Shown piece by piece: positions 51,513-60,293 of a DNA stretch of 64,000 bases; position 1 is the first letter of the stretch, and every line of letters starts with the position of its first letter. The notes beneath the pieces are model-generated. The model saw only the letters and a list, made by a program, of their open reading frames with translations. It did not search any database and was not told where the DNA came from. This DNA is from an uncultured Dehalococcoidia bacterium. GTDB lineage: Bacteria; Chloroflexota; Dehalococcoidia; UBA6926. Location: NCBI GenBank assembly GCA_964405845.1, contig CAYOPL010000009.1, positions 24,497 to 88,496 on the forward strand, given 5' to 3'. Made by a program: the position numbers and the translations under genes.

Positions 51513-54500
51513 ATGACATCCCCATACGTTGAGTTGCACGCTAAGAGTTTCTATTCCTTCGGGGAAGGAGCGGCGCACGTCCATGAACTACTGGCACAGG
51601 CAAAGGAATACGGCTATGACGCGCTCGCGCTGACGGACACGAATCTCTGTGGTGCACTGGAGTTCGCGCGGCTTGCCAAGAGCCTTGGGGTCAAGCCGAT
51701 CACAGGTGGCGAACTGATCCTCTGTGACGGCTCCCGCATCACGCTGCTGGCAAAGAACAAGCGGGGCTACGCCAACATCTCAAGACTGTTCACGCTCGCC
51801 AACGGTGTTGACCGCCGCGAACCGCGACTTGATCCCATCCATCTGCCTGACCACGCCCAGGGTGTCATGCTCATCGCCGGCGGACGCGATGGCCAACTCT
51901 CTCAACTCGCCCTCAACGGCCGTCATGACGATGCCCAAAAACTCCTGCGTGACTACATGGACTGGTTCGGCTCGGATTCCGTCTTTATGGAGTTGCAGCA
52001 GAACTTCATTCGCGGCGATACGGCGCGGAACCGCGAACTCGCCCGCCTTGGCAGGGATGCGGGAGTCTGCCTCGTTCCCACCAACGACGTCCATTACCAC
52101 GCGCCGGAGCGGTACCGCCTTCAACACGCCCTTGTCGCCGCCAAGCACAACACCACCATCGACCAGGCCCTCCCACATATTCGCCCCAACCACCATTTCC
52201 ACCTGAAGCCTGCTGAGGCAATGGCGCGACTCTTTGAGAGGGAATATCCGGGAATCATCGACGTCACACGCCGCATCGCTGAGGAGTGCGACTTCAATCT
52301 GGCCGACAGCATCAACTACGAGTTGCCGGAGCCGGACGTGCCCGCGGGGTACACCACGGACAGCTACCTGCAACGCCTCTGCTTTGAGGCGGCCATGCGG
52401 CGCTACGGCGGCATCTCACAGCGCGTCCAGGACCGGCTTGGCGAAGAGTTTGCCCTCATCAAGCGGTATGGCATCGCGGGTTTCCTGCTGCTGTATCGGG
52501 ACATCGTGCTACTGGCTCAGCAGATCATGGAGGAGCGAGGGCTGACTCCACCGGAGGTTCCATTAGAAGAGAGACCGCCGGGCAGGGGGCGCGGCTCGTC
52601 CGTCGCACTGCTCGTCGGCTACCTCATTGGCATCAGCCACATCGACCCCATCAAGTGGGACCTGACGCTGGAGCGATTCATCTCTGAGGACATGTCCATG
52701 CTGCCCGACATCGATCTCGATTTCCCGCGCGGACTGCGCGATGAGCTCATCAATCGCGTCCACCAGCGATATGGCCCGAACTACGCGGCGCTCACCGGCG
52801 CGATCAGCACCTACTCCGTCAAGGGCATCATTCAGGACATCGGCAAGGCGCTCGGCCTCCCGAAAGAGGACCTCACCCTCCTCTCCAAGCAGTTGCACTC
52901 CCACCATGCCGATGACCTCAAAGAGGAGATGCTGCGCCTGCCCGCCTATAAGGACCGGGTTGAGTCGCAGGGCTGGCGAGAACTGATTGAACTTGCGCCC
53001 CAGCTCATGGACGCCCCCCGCAGTCTCGGCCAGCACGTCGGCGGCATGATCCTCAGCAGTTCCCCCATCTCTGAGATGACGCCCATCCGCGAGGGCGCAA
53101 TTGGCGGGCGCTACATCATCGACTGGAACAAGGACACCATCGCGGATGCCAACGTCGCCAAGATCGACCTGCTCTCGCTGCCCGTCCTCGACCAGTTGGA
53201 GCAGGCGCTCGACCTCATCGAGCAACGGATTGGCAGTCGCCCCGACCTCAGCCGCGTGGAGCCGGACGACAACAACGTTTACGACATGATTAATGAGGGT
53301 CATGCCAAGGGCGTCTTCCTGCTGCAGTCACCGGCGCAGCTCAAGATGGCTCAGCGCCTCCGCTCCCGTAATCTCCTTGACCTCGCCTATCAGGTCGCGC
53401 TCATCCGCCCTGGCGTCGGCGTGCAGGGCAGTTCCGTGAGCCAGTTCGTGGAGCGCTATCGGCACGGCGTGGAATGGAACTACGACCATCCCCTCGAAAG
53501 GCGTGCGCTGGAACGCGGCTACGGCATCATCGTCTGGCAGGAACAGGTCGTGCAGTTGTTGGCGGACGTTGCCGGCGTGACGACGGCGGAGGCGGACGAG
53601 ATTCGTCGTGCCTTTGGCCGTTCCAACAATTCCGCCCTGATTGCCATGCACTGGCAGCGATTTCTGGAGGGAGCACGACGAAACGGGGTCTCAGAGGAAA
53701 CAGCTCAAAAAATCTTCGGCAAGGTCAATGGCCACTATATGTTTCCCGAGAGCCATAGCCACGCCTTTGCCATCACTGCCTATCAAGCCGCGTGGCTCAA
53801 GCGCTACCACCCGCTGGAGTTCTTTGTGACCCTCATCAACAATCAGCCGATGGGTTTCTATCCGATGGAGACGCTCAAGCAGGACGCGCGGCGGTTTGGC
53901 GTTCCGTTCCTCAATCCCTGCGTGAACCGCAGCCAAATCCAGTGCGTGCCGGAGGATGGAGCGGTGCGTCTGGGGCTTGGCCTCATCAAGGATGTTGGCG
54001 AGGCGGCTGCGCGTGCCATCGTGCAGGAACGAGAGGCAAGAGGCCGATATGGCAGTCCCGCCGACCTTGTGAGCAGGACGGGAATCAAACAGCAGGCCGC
54101 CGCGTCGCTTGTCATGGCGGGAGCGTTCGATGATGTCGCGTCCAACCGCAGGCACGCCCTGTGGGACATTGGCCTCGCCAACCGCCCGCTCAGGAGCGGT
54201 CAGCGCACCCTCGCGGCGTCCACAGATCATGCCATCCCCCGACTCAAGGATTTCTCCGAGTACGAGAAGATGGTTGGTGAGTATCGCGTCATGGGCATCT
54301 ACCCGCGCGGCCACGTGATGGAATTCGTGCGCCCGACATTGAATGACCGTGTGCTCCGCACGTCCGACGTGTACGACGTGCCCGAAGAACAGGAGGTGCT
54401 TGTGGCCGGGTGGCCCATCGCACGGCAGCACCCGCGTGGAAAAGACGGCACGGTCTTTGTCACCATCGAGGACGAGTGCGGCGACGTTCAAGTCATTCTC

Positions 54501-54662
54501 TGGAAAGACGTGTTCGCCCGTTCCCGTCGCGCCCTACGCAATCGCGTCATCATGGTTCGGGGCATTGTCTCCCGCTGGGATGGCACGACGAACATCATTG
54601 CCTCCGAGATTCGCGCCATCAACACCGATGTGCCCATGCCGAACGCCCACGACTGGCACTGA
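51513..54662 (+). CDS. dnaE2: error-prone DNA polymerase III alpha-subunit paralog DnaE2 (ImuC)
   Basis: ATG at 51513. N-terminal PHP domain (VELHAKSFYSFGEGAAHVHELLAQAKEYGYDALALTDTNLCGA), polymerase core, 1049 aa, coupled to imuB. Confidence 0.85.
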   Translation: MTSPYVELHAKSFYSFGEGAAHVHELLAQAKEYGYDALALTDTNLCGALEFARLAKSLGVKPITGGELILCDGSRITLLAKNKRGYANISRLFTLANGVDRREPRLDPIHLPDHAQGVMLIAGGRDGQLSQLALNGRHDDAQKLLRDYMDWFGSDSVFMELQQNFIRGDTARNRELARLGRDAGVCLVPTNDVHYHAPERYRLQHALVAAKHNTTIDQALPHIRPNHHFHLKPAEAMARLFEREYPGIIDVTRRIAEECDFNLADSINYELPEPDVPAGYTTDSYLQRLCFEAAMRRYGGISQRVQDRLGEEFALIKRYGIAGFLLLYRDIVLLAQQIMEERGLTPPEVPLEERPPGRGRGSSVALLVGYLIGISHIDPIKWDLTLERFISEDMSMLPDIDLDFPRGLRDELINRVHQRYGPNYAALTGAISTYSVKGIIQDIGKALGLPKEDLTLLSKQLHSHHADDLKEEMLRLPAYKDRVESQGWRELIELAPQLMDAPRSLGQHVGGMILSSSPISEMTPIREGAIGGRYIIDWNKDTIADANVAKIDLLSLPVLDQLEQALDLIEQRIGSRPDLSRVEPDDNNVYDMINEGHAKGVFLLQSPAQLKMAQRLRSRNLLDLAYQVALIRPGVGVQGSSVSQFVERYRHGVEWNYDHPLERRALERGYGIIVWQEQVVQLLADVAGVTTAEADEIRRAFGRSNNSALIAMHWQRFLEGARRNGVSEETAQKIFGKVNGHYMFPESHSHAFAITAYQAAWLKRYHPLEFFVTLINNQPMGFYPMETLKQDARRFGVPFLNPCVNRSQIQCVPEDGAVRLGLGLIKDVGEAAARAIVQEREARGRYGSPADLVSRTGIKQQAAASLVMAGAFDDVASNRRHALWDIGLANRPLRSGQRTLAASTDHAIPRLKDFSEYEKMVGEYRVMGIYPRGHVMEFVRPTLNDRVLRTSDVYDVPEEQEVLVAGWPIARQHPRGKDGTVFVTIEDECGDVQVILWKDVFARSRRALRNRVIMVRGIVSRWDGTTNIIASEIRAINTDVPMPNAHDWH

Positions 54663-54723
54663 GCCGCGATAAACTGCTTCAACGAGAAGTTGAAAGTACC
54701 GCCAAGGCGGTCAGTTCAAAAAG

Positions 54724-55392
54724 ATGTGTGGACGATTCAGCCTGATCAGCGACCTGAGCGAACTGCAGCTGCGGTTTGACTTCGAGAATCCCCTCACCGA
54801 CTATGCGCCCCGCTTCAACATCTCGCCCACGCAGGACGTGCTCACAGTGCGCTGGGAGGACGGGCATAACGTTGGGGAATATATGCGGTGGGGACTCATC
54901 CCCTCGTGGGCGAAGGACATGTCCATCGGCAACAGGGCCATCAACGCGCGAGCGGAGACCCTGCCGGAAAGACCAATGTTCCGCGCGGCATTGCGCCGCC
55001 GCCGATGCCTCATCCTCGCGGACGGCTTCTATGAGTGGACGGGCAAAGGCGAGGCAAGGCAACCCATGCGCATCCTTCTGAAGACAGGTGAGCCATTCGC
55101 CTTCGCCGGGCTGTGGGAGACCTGGACAAACCCCGAAGGCGAGACCATCCGCTCCTGCACAATCGTCACTACGACGCCGAACGACATCGTGCGCCCAATC
55201 CACGACCGAATGCCTGTCATCCTGCCGCCAGAATCTGAAGCCGTCTGGCTAGACCAAGCTAACGAGGATGCCGCCGTGCTGGGTGAACTTCTGATCCCTT
55301 ATCCGCTGGACACCATGGAAGCCTACCCCGTCTCGACGCTCGTCAACTCCCCCGCTAACGACACGCCGGATGTGATTCTCAGAGCGTCATAG
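54724..55392 (+). CDS. SOS-response-associated peptidase (SRAP/YedK, abasic-site DNA-protein crosslinking)
   Basis: N-terminal MCGRF (catalytic Cys2) and conserved SRAP core (FNISPTQ...WGLIPSW...FYEW). Sits downstream of imuB-dnaE2. Confidence 0.8.
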   Translation: MCGRFSLISDLSELQLRFDFENPLTDYAPRFNISPTQDVLTVRWEDGHNVGEYMRWGLIPSWAKDMSIGNRAINARAETLPERPMFRAALRRRRCLILADGFYEWTGKGEARQPMRILLKTGEPFAFAGLWETWTNPEGETIRSCTIVTTTPNDIVRPIHDRMPVILPPESEAVWLDQANEDAAVLGELLIPYPLDTMEAYPVSTLVNSPANDTPDVILRAS

Positions 55393-55594
55393 AGTTAGGT
55401 TCCTGATCGCTCAGGAACACAAGACGGCCCATCTTGGGTGACCGGGTATTCCGGTATCAAGTGTCTGATCAAAGAATGAGAACTTTTGCGAATACTTTGC
55501 TTGCTCGGAATCAAGAACCCTTGACCGCTTGCATGTAGTTATGACAAGTATGTCGTAGCTCGAACGTACGAAACCAATACAAAGGAATCCTGTA

Positions 55595-57559
55595 ATGAAG
55601 AATCAGTCACCCCTTAAAGATGGGAAGGATGCACACACTCCCGTCGCGCTCTATGCAAGAGTGTCCAGCGATAGGCAGGACGTCGATCTGTCCGTCTCGG
55701 CTCAACTGAGAGCGCTGAGAGACCATGCGGCCAAAAACGGGTATGTGGTCGCAGGGGAATACATCGATGAGGCCGAGAGCGGCCGAAACTCTAAGAGACC
55801 GCAGTTCCGGCAGATGATTGATGATGCCACGCAAGCACACGCTCCTTTCAAGGAGATACTCGTATGGAAATTCTCACGATTCACCCGCAAGCGCGAGCAC
55901 GCAGTCGCATACAAGTCTCTGCTGCGTCGCCGCGGTATCAGGGTTGTCTCCATCACGGAGCACGCCGACGAAAGCCCTCTCGGCAAGTTGATGGAAGGCA
56001 TTATCGAGAGCGTGGATGAGTTCTACTCTGAGAACTTGGGCCAAGAGGTCATGCGTGGTCTGCGAGAGGCTGCGACCCGCGGCTACTGGGTGTCGCCTCA
56101 GAAGCCTATCGGCTATCGCAAGGTGAGGGTGGATGACAACGGCAAGATGCGGCCCAAGCTGGAACTTGACCCACCCAACGACGGAATTGTACGGCGCATC
56201 TTCGATATGGCGCTGAATGGTAAGACTCCGATGGACATCGTCAAGACCCTGAACGACGAAGGAGTCCGCTCACCGAAGGGCAAGCAGTGGCGCAAGTCTC
56301 GACTGACCGCAATCCTCACCAACGAGGTGTACACCGGGACACTGATCTGGGGTGCGAAAGCACAGGACGAGGGCGAAGTGGTACGCGTCGAGAACGCCTT
56401 TCCGGCTATCGTCACGCAGGCCGAGTTTCGCCGGATCAAGAAGATGCTCAACCTCCGGTCACCCAAGCATATGCACCCTCGGCGCACATCGAGCCCCTAT
56501 CTCTTGAGCGGTCTGCTAACGTGCGCGATGTGCGGGAGTTCCATGACTGCGTCCGAGGCGAAGAGTGGCAAATACACGTATTACGTGTGCCAGACGATGC
56601 TCACTAAAGGCGCGCAGGCCTGTGATACGCCGCGGCTTAACGCCAAACACTTTGAGCGGCTGATCATAGAACAACTACGGACCAATGTCCTCACTGAGCA
56701 GAACATTCGCCACTTGGCCATCACTCTCGATGAAGAAATGGATGGCCAAGCCCATGCATTGCGGGAGAAACTACATACCACAGACGCCGAATTGGGTGAG
56801 GTCAGTCGCCGACTCGACACGCTCTATGAAGCGCTAGAGACGTCAGAACTTGATCTTGCCGATGTCGCGCCCCGGATCCGCCAACACCGTGAGCGGCAGG
56901 CCCAGTTGGAGGCCGCTGTCGACGAGGCACGAGCTGGCTTGGCAGAACGACGCAGGATTCTCGACCGGGTTGAAACCATCACAGCATTCGCGAAGGAAAT
57001 GGGGGAGTTCCTTCGAACGAGTGAGATTACGGAAACGCGGTCATTCATTCGCTCATTCGTCAAAGGCGTCGTCGTAAGGGCAGGCAGGGCAGTGATCACC
57101 TACACCGTTCCGATGCCGGATGATAGCCCGATTGGCCAGTCCCGGGTTGCTGATCTAAGGCTGGAGGAGCTTAGCACAGAAGAAGTTCGCAATACAGACC
57201 TGTATGGTGGGCCGGACTGGACGAAATCAAGAACCGATGCCGATTCCGACGTCACCCCGTCGCTGGGCATGGGGACCGTGTACGTCAGCGTCGCCTCGTC
57301 TCCCTCCACCTCGATGCCCTCCACGAAGTTGCGGATGAGCGCCTTCTTCTCCGGGATCGTCCCCTCCTTCAGGAAGTCCCGGAAGTCCGCCACGTACCGC
57401 GCTATCTCCTCGGTGTCGGGCAGGGCTACCCTGCGCTGCTCCAGCCGGGTCTCCGCGTCCTCCCGCGCAGCCTCCAGTTGCTCCTCACGGTGCCTCAGGG
57501 ACATGATGCGGGGCGACAGGACCTCCAACGTCAGGTCGCTCGTCTCTATGGCCTCGTAG
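55595..57559 (+). CDS. large serine recombinase (integrase) paralog 1; ORF probably over-extended at the 3' end (true end likely ~57125-57300)
   Basis: ATG at 55595. Resolvase catalytic domain VALYARVSSDRQD...SVSAQ, recombinase and zinc-ribbon domains (CAMCGSSM...YYVC), coiled coil, ...ITYTVPMPDD near residue 510. Downstream, the frame runs stop-free antisense to the convergent paralog. Confidence 0.75.
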   Translation: MKNQSPLKDGKDAHTPVALYARVSSDRQDVDLSVSAQLRALRDHAAKNGYVVAGEYIDEAESGRNSKRPQFRQMIDDATQAHAPFKEILVWKFSRFTRKREHAVAYKSLLRRRGIRVVSITEHADESPLGKLMEGIIESVDEFYSENLGQEVMRGLREAATRGYWVSPQKPIGYRKVRVDDNGKMRPKLELDPPNDGIVRRIFDMALNGKTPMDIVKTLNDEGVRSPKGKQWRKSRLTAILTNEVYTGTLIWGAKAQDEGEVVRVENAFPAIVTQAEFRRIKKMLNLRSPKHMHPRRTSSPYLLSGLLTCAMCGSSMTASEAKSGKYTYYVCQTMLTKGAQACDTPRLNAKHFERLIIEQLRTNVLTEQNIRHLAITLDEEMDGQAHALREKLHTTDAELGEVSRRLDTLYEALETSELDLADVAPRIRQHRERQAQLEAAVDEARAGLAERRRILDRVETITAFAKEMGEFLRTSEITETRSFIRSFVKGVVVRAGRAVITYTVPMPDDSPIGQSRVADLRLEELSTEEVRNTDLYGGPDWTKSRTDADSDVTPSLGMGTVYVSVASSPSTSMPSTKLRMSAFFSGIVPSFRKSRKSATYRAISSVSGRATLRCSSRVSASSRAASSCSSRCLRDMMRGDRTSNVRSLVSMAS

Positions 57560-58776
57560 AGCTTCCCAAGACGCTTCCTCACGTCGGATAGCTCCGCCTC
57601 GACGACCTCCAGCCTACCGGAAAGCTCACCGGCCATCGCGTCTATCTCCTCCGCCACCAGCTGCACCAGCTCGGTAATGGTCTCCTCGGTCAGGATTCGC
57701 TCCCTGATCTTCTCCACCACGAAGGTCTCCAGCTTCGGGGCGTTCAGGTAGCGTGCGCTGCACGTCCCCGCTCCCTCTCTGAACAACGTGCCGCAGATGT
57801 AGTAGGCGAACTGGCCGCTCTTGGCTCCCTGGGCCGAGTAGGGCCTGCCGCACACCCCGCACTTCAGCAGCCCGCTCAGGAGATACGGGCTTCCCACCCT
57901 TGCTGGCCTCTGCACCTTCGGGGCTCGCTCGCTCATCGCCTGCTGCACGTCCTCGAATAGCTCCCTCGACACCAGGGCGGGCCACGCTCCCTCAACCCTC
58001 ACAGGCTCCTGGGCCTTATCGTTCTTGCCTTTGACTCCCCAGACGGCAGCGCCGGTGTACGCCTCGTTGCGCAGCACGTAGTGGAGTCCGCCCTTGTACC
58101 AGCGCTTCCCCCGGTTGGTGACGCCCCGGTCGTTCAACTCCCTGCACAGCTCCTTGAGGCCGTAGCCCTGGAGCGACTTCTCGAATATCTCCTTCACTAC
58201 GGGAGCGGTGGCCGGGTCTACCTCCAACGAGGGGCGCTCCTTCGCTCCGTCCTGCACCTTGATCTTCCGGTAGCCGAAGGGAGCCTTGGAGCCGAGGAAG
58301 AAGCCACGAGACGCGGCCTCCCGCATTCCCCGGACGACTTCTTGTGCAAGATTCTCGCTGTAGTATTCATCGACGCTCTCGATGATCCCCTCCAGCAGTC
58401 TGCCGGTGGCGTTGTCCTCGGCCTGCTCGGTGATGGACACGACGCGGATGCCCTTGCGCCGCAGCTGGGCCTTGAACGCCACGGCGTGCTCGCGCTTGCG
58501 GGTGAACCTCGAAAACTTCCAGACGAGAATCACGTCAAAGGGCGCCTGGGGCTTACTGCCTTCCTCGATCATCTCTCTGAACTGGGGCCGGTCGGCGACG
58601 CGGCCGCTCTCGGCCTCGTCCACGTACTCCCTGGCCACGGAGTAGCCGTTGGCCTTCGCGTACTCCTTGAGTGCCCGTAACTGGGCGGACACGGACAGGT
58701 CCACGTCCTGCCGGTCGCTGGACACCCTGGCGTAGAGCGCCGCCGGCGTCAGCGGCTGTAGGTGCTTCTTCTCCAT
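57100..58776 (-). CDS. large serine recombinase (integrase) paralog 2
   Basis: ATG at 58776 with AAGGAGG RBS. AALYARVSSDRQD...SVSAQ, zinc ribbon CGVCGRPY...YYIC, ...TLTYTVPMPSDG tail. Its 3' end (57100-57300) overlaps the 3' region of paralog 1 on the opposite strand. Confidence 0.8.
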   Translation of the reverse strand: MEKKHLQPLTPAALYARVSSDRQDVDLSVSAQLRALKEYAKANGYSVAREYVDEAESGRVADRPQFREMIEEGSKPQAPFDVILVWKFSRFTRKREHAVAFKAQLRRKGIRVVSITEQAEDNATGRLLEGIIESVDEYYSENLAQEVVRGMREAASRGFFLGSKAPFGYRKIKVQDGAKERPSLEVDPATAPVVKEIFEKSLQGYGLKELCRELNDRGVTNRGKRWYKGGLHYVLRNEAYTGAAVWGVKGKNDKAQEPVRVEGAWPALVSRELFEDVQQAMSERAPKVQRPARVGSPYLLSGLLKCGVCGRPYSAQGAKSGQFAYYICGTLFREGAGTCSARYLNAPKLETFVVEKIRERILTEETITELVQLVAEEIDAMAGELSGRLEVVEAELSDVRKRLGKLYEAIETSDLTLEVLSPRIMSLRHREEQLEAAREDAETRLEQRRVALPDTEEIARYVADFRDFLKEGTIPEKKALIRNFVEGIEVEGDEATLTYTVPMPSDGVTSESASVLDFVQSGPPYRSVLRTSSVLSSSSLRSATRDWPIGLSSGIGTV

Positions 58777-58792
58777 ATCGTCCTCCTTGGTT

Positions 58793-59191
58793 TCAGTTGG
58801 TCGTTATCGGTGTCCAGACTATCCCGTCAACGTGCTCAAAGTGGCGATCCGCCGATACCAGGTCGGCGCCCGTTTCCATTGCGTGGGCCGCAATCCAGAC
58901 ATCGTTCGTCGGGATAGGCCGCCCCTTCGCCTTCAGCGCAGTCATTACCCTTGAGTAGCGGTCGGCGGTCACCGGACCCACGGGAACGAAGGACACATAG
59001 GTACGTTCGAGGAAGGACCGAAGCTCTGCCATGTTTCGCTCGAAGTGCGTACCCTGTCGGAAGCCGTATAGCTGCTCGCCCACCACAACAGCCGAGAACA
59101 GCACCTCTTCGGCGTCCTGTATCAGGCTTCTCACCTGCTCGTTGCCCCGCATGAACGCGGAGTAGGCGTTGGAGTCCAGAAGAATCCTCAT
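58793..59191 (-). CDS. vapC: PIN-domain toxin VapC
   Basis: ATG at 59191 overlapping the antitoxin stop (ATGA). MRILLDSNAYSAF... with conserved acidic residues (D8, E, D...D) of PIN domains. Confidence 0.75.
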   Translation of the reverse strand: MRILLDSNAYSAFMRGNEQVRSLIQDAEEVLFSAVVVGEQLYGFRQGTHFERNMAELRSFLERTYVSFVPVGPVTADRYSRVMTALKAKGRPIPTNDVWIAAHAMETGADLVSADRHFEHVDGIVWTPITTN

Positions 59192-59472
59192 GCCCACGCT
59201 GCCTCGTCCACGGTTCCGAAGACCTCAAGAGCGCTATCGAAACTCTCAGCCTCTTCCTCGCTCCATACACCGAACAGGTCGTCCAATGCAGACCCTATGG
59301 CGTTGGGGTTTCTCTTGCTGTCCGTTATCCCCGCTCCCTTCCTCAGCAGCCTCAGCGCGGCCTGATTAAGGGAGATTCCCTCCCGCCTGGCGAGGCTGTG
59401 CATAGCGGCGCTCAGCTCGTCGTCGAACCCTCTGACGGTGAGTTGGTTCACGTCACGCTCCTTGTGAGTCAT
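59188..59472 (-). CDS. vapB: VapB-type antitoxin (RHH/AbrB-like DNA-binding N-terminus)
   Basis: 94 aa immediately upstream of and coupled to vapC. LTVRGFDDELSAAMHSLARREGISLNQAALRLL. Confidence 0.5.
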   Translation of the reverse strand: MTHKERDVNQLTVRGFDDELSAAMHSLARREGISLNQAALRLLRKGAGITDSKRNPNAIGSALDDLFGVWSEEEAESFDSALEVFGTVDEAAWA

Positions 59473-59539
59473 TCATAGAGGCTACGTGAGTCATTCTACC
59501 CATACCCTGGTGTGATGGTCAAGACTCGGTGGTCAATTC

Positions 59540-59992
59540 CTACGCAACCAGCCGCCACACGAGCAGGCCAACGACTACGAGCAGCACGACCACGGCCAGG
59601 CCAAGCCTGACTATCCAGCGTCGCGTCCGTCCGTGCTCGCCCATCTCGTCCCCATACATCCTCTCCATCTCCCTGTGGGCCTGTATAGCGGCGTCTTCGG
59701 ACTTCCTGGCCGCATCCCGCTCCCGCTCCACCTCCGACGCTCGCTCCTCCGACTCGGACAGCTTCCGCTCCAACTCCCGCATCGTCCGCTCCAACTCGTC
59801 CTGTCTGACGATGGACCGGCGCAGCAACTCCTCGTCGGTGATGTACTCTCCCTCCATCCGCACGTAGACCCTGCGGCCCTCGCGGCGGACATCGACCTCT
59901 CCGGTCCTGATCTTTCGGTCGAGGGTGGACAGGGAGACCTCCAACTCCTCGGCGGCCTCCGCTTTCGTCACCCACCGGACACGCTCATTCAT
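59540..59992 (-). CDS. excisionase-family HTH protein with coiled coil and C-terminal TM, 150 aa
   Basis: ATG at 59992 with GGAGGAA RBS. VTKAEAAEELEVSLSTLDRKIRTGEV matches the excisionase/MerR-type HTH (cf. LTVEEAAELLGVSRSTVYRLIRSGEL). Acidic and basic coiled coil. Hydrophobic tail RWIVRLGLAVVVLLVVVGLLVWRLV. Confidence 0.5.
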   Translation of the reverse strand: MNERVRWVTKAEAAEELEVSLSTLDRKIRTGEVDVRREGRRVYVRMEGEYITDEELLRRSIVRQDELERTMRELERKLSESEERASEVERERDAARKSEDAAIQAHREMERMYGDEMGEHGRTRRWIVRLGLAVVVLLVVVGLLVWRLVA

Positions 59993-60293
59993 CGCTTTAT
60001 TCCTCCAATATCGGCTGACACGTCAGGGTTGCAAAAGTGCAAACACGTTGTCATCGGGCTGGTCTGCTATTTTAGCACAGCTTCGCATTTTCAGGCCCGA
60101 TACGTTGCGACACGTCACGGCGACACGTCAACTCCGTTTCATCGCTGGAACAGGGGCAAACGGAGCCGTTTCCGGCCTCCTGAAGAACCTGCCGACAGTA
60201 CAAAATGTCCACTCTTGCAGCCCCCAGACAACATAGAGGGGAGATAGCGACGCATCGTCGCTATCTATGTGTCATGTCATTACCCCTACAGGA

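Noticed and set aside
54677-54696. TTCAAC-N5-GTTGAA palindrome between dnaE2 and the SRAP gene as a second LexA box
   Set aside because: Spacing and half-site sequence do not match the GAAC-N4-GTTC box found upstream of imuB. It may be another regulator's site or coincidental; noted only.
57125-57559. C-terminal 140 aa of the plus-strand serine recombinase ORF
   Set aside because: The frame stays open only because it runs antisense to the conserved region of the convergent paralog. Its composition (SVASSPSTSMPSTKLRMSAFF...) is not protein-like, so the real C-terminus is probably shortly after ...TYTVPMPDD.
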